A DNA stretch of 64,000 nucleotides. It comes from Candidatus Micrarchaeota archaeon (GTDB lineage: Archaea; Micrarchaeota; Micrarchaeia; Micrarchaeales; Micrarchaeaceae). Location: the NCBI GenBank assembly GCA_027345565.1, contig DAHWIF010000011.1:1-64000 (forward strand), written 5' to 3'. Positions 28,541 to 38,393 of this stretch are shown here, piece by piece. The notes beneath the pieces are model-generated. The model saw only the letters and a list, made by a program, of their open reading frames with translations. It ran no database searches and was not told the origin of the DNA. How positions within the stretch are numbered: position 1 is the stretch's first letter; each line of letters begins with the position of its first letter. The position numbers were made by a program, and so were the translations under genes.

Positions 28541-29098
28541 CTACGGATGAGAGCTCCTGCCATAAAGTCTAAGCATGCTCGCCGCATGGGTGAGCAAAGT
28601 ATGGGATCCGGAAAACTCCTCCTTTCTAAGCACCGACCTGTCCCATATCTCCCAGCCCACCCTTGTGAGTGATACATTGGTGTACCTAACCATCGCGGAT
28701 ACGGTATCATCATCGGTTGTACCATCGTCGGTTGTACCATCAGAAGAAATGCTTATCGTTACAACGGATGGCGGTAGGTCAATGACGGTGTCTGTAGCAA
28801 TATCGTATGGAGGTGTGGAATGTGGTGTGTTGGCATTTCGAATTATTGAGGTTGTTATATCCTCAGCCTGCTCTCTGCTAAAACCATCTGGAAAGTATAT
28901 TTTACCTATTACGGTAACGCTCTTTTTCTCTGGGTTGACCTCTAGCTCCATAGCGGTAAACCTGTCGCCTGGAAATGCACGGTATCGCACCACGCCATCA
29001 GAAACTTCCTTCAGAACGAACTTTGCCCCTAATTCGATTGCATTATCCGGTAGACCTGCTTTGCCGTCTATACCCAGTTGCCTCGATGCAGATCCCAC
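28541..29098 (-). CDS. Hypothetical protein
   Basis: 185-aa ORF with upstream TATA-like element; contains an acidic DDGTT repeat. Confidence 0.55.
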   Translation of the reverse strand: MGSASRQLGIDGKAGLPDNAIELGAKFVLKEVSDGVVRYRAFPGDRFTAMELEVNPEKKSVTVIGKIYFPDGFSREQAEDITTSIIRNANTPHSTPPYDIATDTVIDLPPSVVTISISSDGTTDDGTTDDDTVSAMVRYTNVSLTRVGWEIWDRSVLRKEEFSGSHTLLTHAASMLRLYGRSSHP

Positions 29099-29139
29099 AG
29101 AATCACACTACTAGCCTCATGCAACCAGATATTTATACT

Positions 29140-29212
29140 TAGCCCCTATCGGATTCGAACCGATGTACACGGGTCCAAAGCCCGCGGTCCTTGGCCGCTA
29201 GACGAAGGGGCT
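29140..29212 (-). tRNA. tRNA-Gln(UUG)
   Basis: AGCCCCT/AGGGGCT acceptor stem, GCGGG-CTTTGGA-CCCGT anticodon arm, ATCGG-TTCGAAT-CCGAT T-arm. Confidence 0.95.
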
Positions 29213-29236
29213 GCACTATTGAGTAGCATCCCAGAT

Positions 29237-30703
29237 TTAATAGGATTTCGCAAAGTTGGCTATGTGCTTAGCATCCTCGCCGCATACGACGCACTTTTTA
29301 CCCCTCGCCTTAGCTTGCGCATCAAATGGCATATTGGTTATCTTTGCCTTAGTCTCGGACTTTACCTTCGCCTCGCATTTCAGCGAGCCACACCATGGCG
29401 CCTGCGCGAACCCACCAGACCCACCGACAATCTTCTTAAGTTCAGGATACGTATTAACCTCGTGTATGCTAGCCTCGAGCGCCTTCAAGGCCTTCTTGTA
29501 AAGGCTGTCCTGCACATCCGTTAGCAGCGCTTCTACCGCTTTTGGCAGCTCCTTAATCTTTATGTCCTGCTTCTTGTACGTGTCCCTCCTGTAAATGACT
29601 ACCTTTTCGGCCTTTATGTCGCGTTCGCCGATCTCTATCCTTATCGGCACTCCTTTCAGCTCCCACTCATGGAATTTCCAGCCTGGGGAATACGCGTCGT
29701 TGTCATCCACAAATGTTCTTGCGATCTGGGCTACCTTCTTGGATAGCTCATGCGCCGCCTTGATCACCATGTCCTTGGTGTCATTGTTGTATATCGGCAC
29801 TACCACGACCTGGATTCTTGCCAGCTTCGGTGGTATGACAAGCCCTTTGTCATCTCCATGCACCGCCAACATCACCCCGAGCTCCCTTGTGGAGAAGCCG
29901 AACGTGTTCTGGAAGACGTATTCCGTCTTGCCGTCCTTGTCTAAGAATTTTATATCGAACGCCTTGGCGAACCTCTGGCCATCGCTGTGGAAATCGGGCC
30001 CCTGCACAGATGCGCCATCCGGAAGCATGTGCTCTATGCTGTTTGTAGCCTCTGCGCCGGCGAACTTCTCCGTATCGCTTTTTCTTCCTGTGATTCCAGG
30101 CAGGGCCAGATACTCCTTAAGCACCCTGTTGTATATGCCAAGTACCACATCACGCTCGGCGTCGGCCTCAGCCTTCGTGGCAAACGCAGTGTGACCTTCA
30201 TTCCATAGGAACTCCCTGCTCCGCAGCAATGGCGTAGGGTGCTTGAATTCCCACCTCACGACGTTGTTCCACTGGTTGTACCTTACTGGAAGGTCACGCC
30301 ACGACCTGATCCACTTTGAGTAGCTTTCATACATTATCGTTTCCGACGTAGGCCTTACCGCAAGGCGCTCATCAAGCTTTGAACTGCCGGTATGCGTAAC
30401 CCATGCAACCTCGGGGTTGAACCCCTCGACATGCTCTTTCTCCTTATTGAGCAGCTTCTCTGGTATGAAAAGCGGGAAGTAGACGTTCATTATGCCTACA
30501 GCCTTGAACATCTCATCCATCGCCCTTTGTATGGTTTCCCATACGAAGTAGCCATCAGGCCTGAATGCAAGTGCGCCAGACACTGCAGTATAGTCAACGA
30601 ACTCAGACTTGCTTATTATCTGGGTGTACCACTCTGAGAAGTTCTCCTCCTTCTTCACAGTAATGCCTTCCTTGCTCCCCTTATCGTCATTCTTTGCCAT
30701 CAT
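29237..30703 (-). CDS. proS: Prolyl-tRNA synthetase (archaeal/eukaryotic type)
   Basis: RPTSET, WNNVVRWE, REFLWNEGHT, EKFAGA, WELKGVPIRIEIG, C-terminal FAKSY. Confidence 0.97.
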   Translation of the reverse strand: MMAKNDDKGSKEGITVKKEENFSEWYTQIISKSEFVDYTAVSGALAFRPDGYFVWETIQRAMDEMFKAVGIMNVYFPLFIPEKLLNKEKEHVEGFNPEVAWVTHTGSSKLDERLAVRPTSETIMYESYSKWIRSWRDLPVRYNQWNNVVRWEFKHPTPLLRSREFLWNEGHTAFATKAEADAERDVVLGIYNRVLKEYLALPGITGRKSDTEKFAGAEATNSIEHMLPDGASVQGPDFHSDGQRFAKAFDIKFLDKDGKTEYVFQNTFGFSTRELGVMLAVHGDDKGLVIPPKLARIQVVVVPIYNNDTKDMVIKAAHELSKKVAQIARTFVDDNDAYSPGWKFHEWELKGVPIRIEIGERDIKAEKVVIYRRDTYKKQDIKIKELPKAVEALLTDVQDSLYKKALKALEASIHEVNTYPELKKIVGGSGGFAQAPWCGSLKCEAKVKSETKAKITNMPFDAQAKARGKKCVVCGEDAKHIANFAKSY

Positions 30704-30788
30704 ACCGCTTCTTATCATTAGAATTACATGGCTTTTAACCTTTCGCGCAGCGCCATAACTATTTAACCTTTTATCACAGAAACACATT

Positions 30789-32018
30789 ATGGCTGATGGG
30801 GGCAAGATAACGCTCGATGGCGGCAGGCTTGCCGTGCCGGACAACCCGATAATACTCAGGATAAACGGGGACGGCATAGGCCCCGAGATAACGTCCGCTG
30901 CGATAAGCGTGATAGATGCGGCTGTATCCAAGGCTTACTCTGGAAAAAGGCGGATAGCATGGATGGATGTCCCTGCCGGAGACCAGGCGGAGAAGGAGCT
31001 CGGTGAGAGGTTCCCGGAGAGCACCGCCAACGCGCTGAAGGAATACAGGTTCGTGTTGAAGGGCCCTCTTACCACACCGGTAGGGAAGGGCTTTAGGTCT
31101 CTGAACGTGCGCATGCGCATCCTTCTAGACCTCTACGCCAACATAAGGCCTGTCAAGTACATAAAGGGATTGGACAGCCCTCTCAGGAACCCGGAGAAGA
31201 TAGACATGGTAGTGTTCAGGGAGAATACCGATGACCTTTACACGGGCATAGAGTGGCCGTACAACAGCAAAGAGGCGGATACGTTAAGGAAGCTGCTTAA
31301 GGACAACCTGAACGTGAGCATAGACCCTGATGCTGGAATTGGGATAAAGCCTATCGGAAAGGGCAAGACCGTGCGAATAGCAAGGATGGCGCTCAAATAC
31401 GCCATTGCGAATAAGCGCAGGTCAGTCACTATAATGCACAAAGGCAACATAATGAAATACACGGAGGGTGCATTCCGGGAGTGGTGCTACGAGGTGGCCA
31501 AAAGTGAGTTTCAAGGAAGCTTCATGACTGAGGAGGAGGCTAACGCGCTTGGCGGTGCGGTGCCTCAGGGCAAGATACTCATAAACGATAGGATAGCAGA
31601 CAACATGTTCCAGCAGATAATAACAAGGCCGGAGAGCTACGACATCATACTCGCTCCGAACCTTGACGGAGACTACATTTCTGATGCAGCTGGCGCACTG
31701 GTAGGGAACATAGGCGTTCTTGGAGGAGCGAACATAGGCGACTTCGGAGGCGTGTTCGAGGCTGTGCACGGAACCGCGCCGAAATACGCAGGCAAGAACG
31801 TTGCTAACCCTATGGGGGTGATAAAGGCGGGAGAGCTTATGCTCATTCACATCGGGTGGAGCGAGGCTGCTGAGCTTGTAAGCAGGGCTGTCAATGCGGC
31901 TGTAGAGCAGAGGAAGGTCACGAACGACATAGCAAGGTTCATGGGCGCCAGACCGCTTGGCACCAAGGAGTCCGCCGACAATCTCGTGAGCACGATTGTG
32001 GCTCTTAGCCAGGAATAG
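30789..32018 (+). CDS. icd: Isocitrate dehydrogenase
   Basis: GDGIGPE, KGPLTTPVG, RSLNV, FRENTDDLY, HKGNIMKYTEG, EAVHGTAPKY. Confidence 0.96.
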   Translation: MADGGKITLDGGRLAVPDNPIILRINGDGIGPEITSAAISVIDAAVSKAYSGKRRIAWMDVPAGDQAEKELGERFPESTANALKEYRFVLKGPLTTPVGKGFRSLNVRMRILLDLYANIRPVKYIKGLDSPLRNPEKIDMVVFRENTDDLYTGIEWPYNSKEADTLRKLLKDNLNVSIDPDAGIGIKPIGKGKTVRIARMALKYAIANKRRSVTIMHKGNIMKYTEGAFREWCYEVAKSEFQGSFMTEEEANALGGAVPQGKILINDRIADNMFQQIITRPESYDIILAPNLDGDYISDAAGALVGNIGVLGGANIGDFGGVFEAVHGTAPKYAGKNVANPMGVIKAGELMLIHIGWSEAAELVSRAVNAAVEQRKVTNDIARFMGARPLGTKESADNLVSTIVALSQE

Positions 32019-32023
32019 ATCCA

Positions 32024-32947
32024 ATGGAAAAGATGGTAATAGCGTTTGGCGGCAATGCGCTTGAGCGGCCTGGAGAGTCCCCTAAATACGGCTTGGAGGC
32101 AAGAAATGTAGAGAAAGCGATAGGAAGCATATCTCATGTCTTCAAGAGCCGCACCGGCCTGCTCCTAACGCACGGCAACGGAACACAGGTCGGTGTTGAA
32201 TACCTTAGGAACAGGTACGCACATAGGTGGGTTGCGCCACTGCCGTTCCAGGCGCTGAATGCAGAGACTCAGGCTACTATAGGAACGCTAATCGAGACGG
32301 CTGTTCTGAAGAGGCTTAAGAGCATGCGTGTTGGCAGAAGCGCGGTCGCCCTTCTAACCCATGTGCTAGTAAGCCCTAAAGACAGAGCATTCAGGAATCC
32401 ATCGAAGCCCGTAGGCCCAGTGTATTCCAAGACGGCGCTGAGAGACGCTCACAAGCTTGAGAGATTCAGGTATGTAAGATACGGAAACGGGTACAGGCGG
32501 GTCGTCGCTTCGCCTTTCCCTAAGGCGGTATCTGAAAGCCGGACGATAAAACACCTTGTTGAAAGCGGGCGCATAGTGATAGCTGGCGGCGGAGGCGGCA
32601 TACCGATAATAGACAGCGCAGGCACATACCCGAAAAGCGCTGCCGTTATAGACAAGGACCTGACCGCCGGGCTGCTGGCGACGTCGATAGGCGCCAAAAC
32701 GCTCGTCATACTTACCTCTGAGGATTACGTCTACCGCAACTACCCGGACAATAAAGATCCAATAAGGAGGGTTCACGCTAAGGAGTTGGATCGCATGCTA
32801 AACACTTTCGATGCAGGAACTATGAGGCCAAAGGTACAGGCGTGTGTGGAATTCATAGAGCACGGAGGCAAAAAGGCGTTCATCGGACGGCTCTGGGGAT
32901 TCGAATCCATAATACGAGGAACATCGGGCACCATGATCGTCAAGTGA
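32024..32947 (+). CDS. arcC: Carbamate kinase
   Basis: AFGGNAL, THGNGTQVG, PSKPVGP, YRRVVASP, GGGGIP, AVIDKD, GTMRPKV. Confidence 0.93.
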   Translation: MEKMVIAFGGNALERPGESPKYGLEARNVEKAIGSISHVFKSRTGLLLTHGNGTQVGVEYLRNRYAHRWVAPLPFQALNAETQATIGTLIETAVLKRLKSMRVGRSAVALLTHVLVSPKDRAFRNPSKPVGPVYSKTALRDAHKLERFRYVRYGNGYRRVVASPFPKAVSESRTIKHLVESGRIVIAGGGGGIPIIDSAGTYPKSAAVIDKDLTAGLLATSIGAKTLVILTSEDYVYRNYPDNKDPIRRVHAKELDRMLNTFDAGTMRPKVQACVEFIEHGGKKAFIGRLWGFESIIRGTSGTMIVK

Positions 32948-33390
32948 TCCTTTGGCGCATCATATTGCAAAATGATAAAGATTTGCCTGCCTTCCTCTCC
33001 CTTATTCTCCTGAAGAAGTTCTGGTACGCCTTCAATAGCCTGAACTTTATCCCGCATCTTGTCTGGGAATACAGCAGCAGGTATTTCCTGTCCTTCTCTA
33101 TCTCCTTTGCGGACCTGTTCAATACCGCCATCGATATTGCTGTGTTGCCCTCCTTGTAGGACTTTATCGTCTTCTCAAGGAGGAGGTTGTAGAACTCCTT
33201 TGCAAGGACAAGCCTCTCGTCTATCTCCCTCTGCCTTTTGGCATCGGGGTAGATGCTGAATTTGTAGGCCCTCATAATGTCCATAAAACAAGTATTATAG
33301 TTCATATTTATATACTTTACTACATGATGTGATTCATGCGGCTCAATCCATCCGCCGCCTTGAAAGGCGGGGATTTCTTGAACCACAGCC
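32940..33390 (-). mobile_element. tnpB: Truncated IS200/IS605 remnant: 5' part of tnpB plus a terminal hairpin
   Basis: MRAYKFSIYP...FYNLLL...LKAYQNFFRR is the TnpB N-terminal region (from ~33275); no RuvC or Zn-finger part; hairpin CCGCC-TTGAAA-GGCGG at ~33356-33371. Confidence 0.82.
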
Positions 33391-33435
33391 TTTTAAATAT
33401 CTGCGCGGCCACTCTACTTCTGAGGGACTGTGCAT

Positions 33436-34005
33436 ATGGAATCATCCGGCATTGTGCGGGCAGGTGCGCCTACAGATATCATACCTAGGCGGAGCATGGC
33501 CAGCTCGCTAATGCAAAAGATAGGGGATATTGGCAGCTACGTGGGCGACGAAAGAGGAATTGCATTCCTGACTTCCATGAGGGTGCTGATCTTTGAGAAT
33601 TCCTACCCGGATGACAAGTTCTCTGGAGAGAATAGCAGGCCGATTGCTGTTGATAAGATATTTTATGTGCCTTGGAGCGAAGGGCGGCTGCAGTCGCTGC
33701 TGCGCATGGACAGGGAGGGCTTGCTGGGGCTTTTGCGGAAGGAGCCGCCTTTGGTTGTTGAGATAAGCTTCTTTGACGGATCATCTTTATACGTTATCGG
33801 AACCAACGGCAACCACAGGGTTGCGGCTTCTGCTGCGATAGGCATCCGGGATGTGCCTGCAGCGGTTGAGGCGCGCTGGACGTGCGGTTTGGAGGGCAGG
33901 CACTTGGAGTGGCTTGTTGGGGAGGCAGAAGAGAGAGCAATGCGCTGGCTTGAGCGCTCCAGAGCCGCTTCGGGTACGGCGAATGTGGTTAATGCACTGC
34001 ATTGA
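33436..34005 (+). CDS. ParB/Sulfiredoxin-like domain protein
   Basis: PPLVV...YVIGTNGNHRVAA...GIRDVPAAV resembles the ParB/Srx G-x-H-R core. Confidence 0.6.
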   Translation: MESSGIVRAGAPTDIIPRRSMASSLMQKIGDIGSYVGDERGIAFLTSMRVLIFENSYPDDKFSGENSRPIAVDKIFYVPWSEGRLQSLLRMDREGLLGLLRKEPPLVVEISFFDGSSLYVIGTNGNHRVAASAAIGIRDVPAAVEARWTCGLEGRHLEWLVGEAEERAMRWLERSRAASGTANVVNALH

Positions 34006-34555
34006 GCACGCTTTCCAGTATCTTCCGCTCCTCTTCCGCGAATATCTTCTCTTCCTTGATGCTTTTTCTCTTCAGAGTGAAGTCCAGCACTAAAAACCTA
34101 TCGTCCTCTTTACCGTGGATTGTTGATACGAGTATCTTCACTGGGTCATCTATGTCAGGTATGCCCTCTATCTCCAGTATCCATTCCTCTGTAACCCTCC
34201 TATAGTGCATGAGCGTCGATATCTCCTCTACGGCGAGCATCAGCTTCTTTGCGCTTTCTATCTTCTCTACCTCTTCCGGGCTTATTCCCGGTTTCCCTTC
34301 CCTATCAGCGATGTATCTGCCGTAGTCGCGCAGCATTGTCGCGCTATCTTTTGCTATCTCGTTGGCTACAAACAGGTCACGCTCATCGTCGCTAGGCACC
34401 TCAGAGGATACCAGCCTGCCTTCGACCTTCATCCTGCCTGCCTTTACCTCGTTCTGTAGCGTAAGTATCGCCTCGTTCGCCAGCTCGGCCTTCACTTTCA
34501 CGAGTAGGTCCTCGCATATTATCCATGCGGCGATTCCGTCATGTTCTGCCATCAA
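33989..34555 (-). CDS. Hypothetical protein
   Basis: 188-aa ORF overlapping the stop of the thrC-like gene; last gene of that operon. Confidence 0.65.
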   Translation of the reverse strand: MMAEHDGIAAWIICEDLLVKVKAELANEAILTLQNEVKAGRMKVEGRLVSSEVPSDDERDLFVANEIAKDSATMLRDYGRYIADREGKPGISPEEVEKIESAKKLMLAVEEISTLMHYRRVTEEWILEIEGIPDIDDPVKILVSTIHGKEDDRFLVLDFTLKRKSIKEEKIFAEEERKILESVLNAVH

Positions 34556-35589
34556 AGATTGCCACCACTTATTATTGCGACCACCTTGTCGCCTCTTCTG
34601 AACCTGAGTTTCCCGTATGCCGCGATGCTAGCTGCGCCAGCAAGCTCCGCCCTCACTCCATCGTTTTTGTAGAGCGCCTCCTGAGCGGCCTGCATCTCAC
34701 TGTCGTCTACCGTAACAACTGTGCCGCCGCTCTCACGTATTGCACGTACGGCTTCCGTGCCATATGTTGGCATTCCAACCGCTATCGCATCCGCCTTTGT
34801 GCGCGGAGTCTCGTATCTTACCGGTCTTCCTAACCTGAACGACTTTGCAAGCGGGCTGCACCCTTCTGCCTGGACCGCTATTATCCTTGCTTTGGCTCTC
34901 ATCTCATGCAGCGCCTTCGCGATGCCGCTTAGAAGCGTCGCATTTCCCACAGGGATTATGATATGAATAAAGCCTTTTAGCTGCGCCGCGATCTCATAAG
35001 CTATTGTCCTCTGCCCCTCTTTCCTGTAGCAGTAGTCGCCTGCGAGGAACGCGCCGGTCTTTTCTGAATACTTTATTGCTGCAGCCTGCGCTGCCGAGAA
35101 ATCCTTATGCGCGCGATATATTTTTGCATCATGGGTCATCAGTATATTCCTCACCTTATCCGGGTTTGCCGCACCTCCTATGAAGGCTATCACCCTGGTC
35201 CCTGACGCTTTTGCATAATAAGCGAGCGAGTACGCCATGTTGCCTGTCGAGGCTACGGCTATCTCCTTGTATCCATACTCATTAGCTTTTGCTATCTCTA
35301 TTACAGAGCCCCTGTCCTTGAACGACCCCGTCGGATTGCAAAGCTCGAGTTTCAGGAATAAGCCGCTATGAGAGTTGCTCTCGACCAGGGCGGTGCCGCC
35401 AAGAGCGTAGCGGGTGTATTCAGAGTCTGGTAATACGCTCTCATAATCCCAAAAGCTTGCGCTCTTTGGGATTTTCAGCCTTCCCTTGTATATGACATCG
35501 AGAATCCCGCCGCACCTGCCGCATAGCTGTCTATCATAGTCGCTGCTGAATCCAGAGCCGCACTTAGTGCATTCGAGGTAGTAGTCCAT
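34552..35589 (-). CDS. thrC: Threonine synthase-like PLP enzyme
   Basis: N-terminal CxxC...CxxC; NPTGSFKDR, ASTGN, EGQRT, PVGNA. Confidence 0.85.
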   Translation of the reverse strand: MDYYLECTKCGSGFSSDYDRQLCGRCGGILDVIYKGRLKIPKSASFWDYESVLPDSEYTRYALGGTALVESNSHSGLFLKLELCNPTGSFKDRGSVIEIAKANEYGYKEIAVASTGNMAYSLAYYAKASGTRVIAFIGGAANPDKVRNILMTHDAKIYRAHKDFSAAQAAAIKYSEKTGAFLAGDYCYRKEGQRTIAYEIAAQLKGFIHIIIPVGNATLLSGIAKALHEMRAKARIIAVQAEGCSPLAKSFRLGRPVRYETPRTKADAIAVGMPTYGTEAVRAIRESGGTVVTVDDSEMQAAQEALYKNDGVRAELAGAASIAAYGKLRFRRGDKVVAIISGGNL

Positions 35590-35593
35590 ATTC

Positions 35594-38386
35594 TTATTTG
35601 GACAGCAATTTCTTTATAACGTAGTTAAGTATGCCATTTGACCTGTAATACTCCATCTCTATCGGCGTATCTATCCTGCTCATGATCTCTGCATCAGCCT
35701 CTGCCCCGGTATCGCTTCGAGTGTATCTCATTTTCACCATGTCTCTGGGCTTCATACCGTCATTCAGCACTATAGTGATCGGTTTCGAGAAGTCCACCTT
35801 TAGCGTCTGTGCGTCTTCTCCTGCCTTGAACTGCAACGGGATTATGCCCATCCCTACGAGGTTGCTCCTATGGATCCTTTCGAAGCTCTTTGCAACCACA
35901 GCCTTCACCCCGAGCAGCATGGGCCCTTTCGCGGCCCAGTCGCGTGAGCTTCCTGAGCCGTATTCCGATCCGGCAAGAACGATGAGCGGCACTCCTTCAG
36001 CCTTGTACCGCATCGCAACATCGTATATCGTACCCTTCTGTGCATCAGGATAGTGCAAAGTGAAACCCCCTTCCTTGCCAGGTAGCATGATATTCTTTAT
36101 GCGGCTGTTCGCGAATGTGCCCCTCATCATGACCTCGTGGTTGCCTCGCCTCGACCCGTAGCTGTTGAAGTCTGCTGGCTGCACCCCATGCTCAATCAGG
36201 TACATGCCTGCCGGGCTAGCTGCGCTTATCGCCCCTGCAGGCGATATGTGGTCCGTAGAGATGGAGTCGCCGAAGGCGGCAAGCACCATTGCGTTCTTTA
36301 TAGGCTCGACGCTCCCTTTGCTCCTTGGGTCGAAGCCCTCGAAGAACGGCGGCTGCCTTATGTATGTGCTGTCTCGCTCCCATGCGTACATCTTGCCTGC
36401 CGCTGCCGGCAGCTTGTTCCAATACGGATTGACATCGTATATGTGGCTGCCATACTCCTTCTCGAATATGTCCTCGCTTATGACCCTATCCATGACCTCC
36501 TTTATCTCTGCCTGCGTAGGCCAGATGTCCTTTAAGTAGACATCCTCCCCTTTGTCGTTCTTCGCCAACGGCTCCTTTGTGAGGTCCTTGAGCACGGTGC
36601 CGGCTATGCCGAAAGCCACCAGTAGGGGCGGTGACATCAAGTAATTCGCCCTCACATCCGTATGTATCCTCGCCTCGTAGTTCCTGTTGCCGGACAACAC
36701 CGATGCAACGGCAAGCTTGTTGGCGTTTATCGCCTCGCTCTGCTTCTCGATGAGTGGGCCGCTGTTTCCTATGCAGGTTATGCAGCCGTATCCTACCAGC
36801 TCGTAGCCTAGCTTCTCCAGGGGCTCTATGAGACCTGCCTTCTGCAGGTATCTCGTGACTACCCGCGAGCCTGGGCCCAGGCTCGTTTTCACCTTCCTTG
36901 TGTCGACCCTGAGACCCTTCTCAACCGCCTTCTTTGCGAGAAGACCGGCGCCTATCATCACCGATGGGTTACTGGTATTGGTGCAGCTGGTTATCGACGA
37001 TATGACGACATCGCCATCCGACAGGGTAATCTCGTAACCGTCATCATACCTTATCTTCACAGATTTTTGGTTGTGGTGGAGCGGCGCGTCCTTCATATGG
37101 CTGCTTCCTACCGCCATGCTCTCGTCAGACCATCTCGTATAATCCTTCGCATTCATCCTATTTGGGTCGCCTTTGCCATCTTCCAGGAATATTCCTATGA
37201 ACTCCTCTTTTATCCTGCCAAGCGGGATCTGCTCCTTCGGCTGCGCGGGCCCTGAGACGCTCGGCTCTATCGAACCCAGGTCAACATCGAGAGTATCGCT
37301 GTATTCGACTTTGCTATAGTCGATGTCAAGCATACGCTGCTCTGTATAGTACCTCCTGATGAGCTCTATCTGCTCCGCGCTCCTGCCGGTCACCCTCATG
37401 TAATGCAGCGTCTCTTCATCCACCGGGAATATCGCAATGGTTGCGCCATACTCCGGGCACATGTTAGAGAGCGTTGCGCGGTCTGGAAGCGACAGATTCC
37501 TTAACCCGTCTCCGAAGAACTCAACGAACATGTTGACAACCCCCTTATCCCTTAGCAGCCTTGTCAGCGTTAATGCGAAGTCTGTCGCCGTGACCCCGTC
37601 CTTAAGGCTGCCTGACAGGCGCACACCGAGCACCTTCGGAGTTGTGAACGAGACGGGCTGGTCAAGGAGCGCCGCTTCTGCCTCTATGCCACCTACGCCG
37701 AATCCGACTATGCCCAAGCCGTCTATCATCGTGGTGTGTGAATCGGTGCCGACAAGCGTGTCCGGATAAGCCACATAGTTGCTGCCGTCCTGGCGCATTG
37801 TGACGCACGTCGCCAGGTACTCTAGGTTCACCTGGTGGCATATGCCCGCAGAAGGAGGGAACACCCTGAAGTTCTTAAGCGCATGGCTCGCCCATTTCAG
37901 CAGCTTATACCTCTCCGCATTCCTCTCTATCTCCTTCTCCTGGTTTATCTCCAATGCCTGTATGACATTGAATGCATCGACCTGCACGGAATGGTCTATT
38001 ATCAGGTCTGTCGGTATTATTGGCTGTGCCGCGTCAGGTGACCCGCCATTTTTCGTTATGTAGTCCCTTATCGCCGCTATGTCAACCACCGCAGGCACAC
38101 CCGTAAAGTCCTGCATCAGTATCCTTGACACCTTGAACGGCACGTCCCTGTCGTCTGGGATCTTTGCATTCCAATTGGCTAACGCTTTCACGTCCTCTTC
38201 GGTGACCGCCTTGCCATCGAGGTTCCTTATAAGCGATTCCAATACAATGCGTATGGAGAACGGCAGACCCGATGTCCTGCCTATCCCTAGCTCCTCCAAC
38301 GCCGGTATCGAATAGTATAGCACCCTTTTCCCATTAAGGTCGAAGCTTCTCAGAGCCGTTTCCTTCATGTTGCCGATACCAGCCAT
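35594..38386 (-). CDS. acnA: Aconitate hydratase A
   Basis: MQDFTGVP, DHSVQVD, GTDSHT, ITSCTNTSNP, GCITCIGNSG, TDHISP, YGSGSSRDWAAKG. Confidence 0.97.
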   Translation of the reverse strand: MAGIGNMKETALRSFDLNGKRVLYYSIPALEELGIGRTSGLPFSIRIVLESLIRNLDGKAVTEEDVKALANWNAKIPDDRDVPFKVSRILMQDFTGVPAVVDIAAIRDYITKNGGSPDAAQPIIPTDLIIDHSVQVDAFNVIQALEINQEKEIERNAERYKLLKWASHALKNFRVFPPSAGICHQVNLEYLATCVTMRQDGSNYVAYPDTLVGTDSHTTMIDGLGIVGFGVGGIEAEAALLDQPVSFTTPKVLGVRLSGSLKDGVTATDFALTLTRLLRDKGVVNMFVEFFGDGLRNLSLPDRATLSNMCPEYGATIAIFPVDEETLHYMRVTGRSAEQIELIRRYYTEQRMLDIDYSKVEYSDTLDVDLGSIEPSVSGPAQPKEQIPLGRIKEEFIGIFLEDGKGDPNRMNAKDYTRWSDESMAVGSSHMKDAPLHHNQKSVKIRYDDGYEITLSDGDVVISSITSCTNTSNPSVMIGAGLLAKKAVEKGLRVDTRKVKTSLGPGSRVVTRYLQKAGLIEPLEKLGYELVGYGCITCIGNSGPLIEKQSEAINANKLAVASVLSGNRNYEARIHTDVRANYLMSPPLLVAFGIAGTVLKDLTKEPLAKNDKGEDVYLKDIWPTQAEIKEVMDRVISEDIFEKEYGSHIYDVNPYWNKLPAAAGKMYAWERDSTYIRQPPFFEGFDPRSKGSVEPIKNAMVLAAFGDSISTDHISPAGAISAASPAGMYLIEHGVQPADFNSYGSRRGNHEVMMRGTFANSRIKNIMLPGKEGGFTLHYPDAQKGTIYDVAMRYKAEGVPLIVLAGSEYGSGSSRDWAAKGPMLLGVKAVVAKSFERIHRSNLVGMGIIPLQFKAGEDAQTLKVDFSKPITIVLNDGMKPRDMVKMRYTRSDTGAEADAEIMSRIDTPIEMEYYRSNGILNYVIKKLLSK

Positions 38387-38393
38387 GATACCA

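Noticed and set aside
28705-28741. Short direct repeats as a possible CRISPR array
   Set aside because: About 2.5 copies of a 15-bp in-frame coding repeat with no spacers; no cas genes or arrays seen in the window
30704-30931. Apparent N-terminal extension of ProRS in the ORF track
   Set aside because: Overlaps the divergent icd gene and promoter; the real start is ~30700-30703
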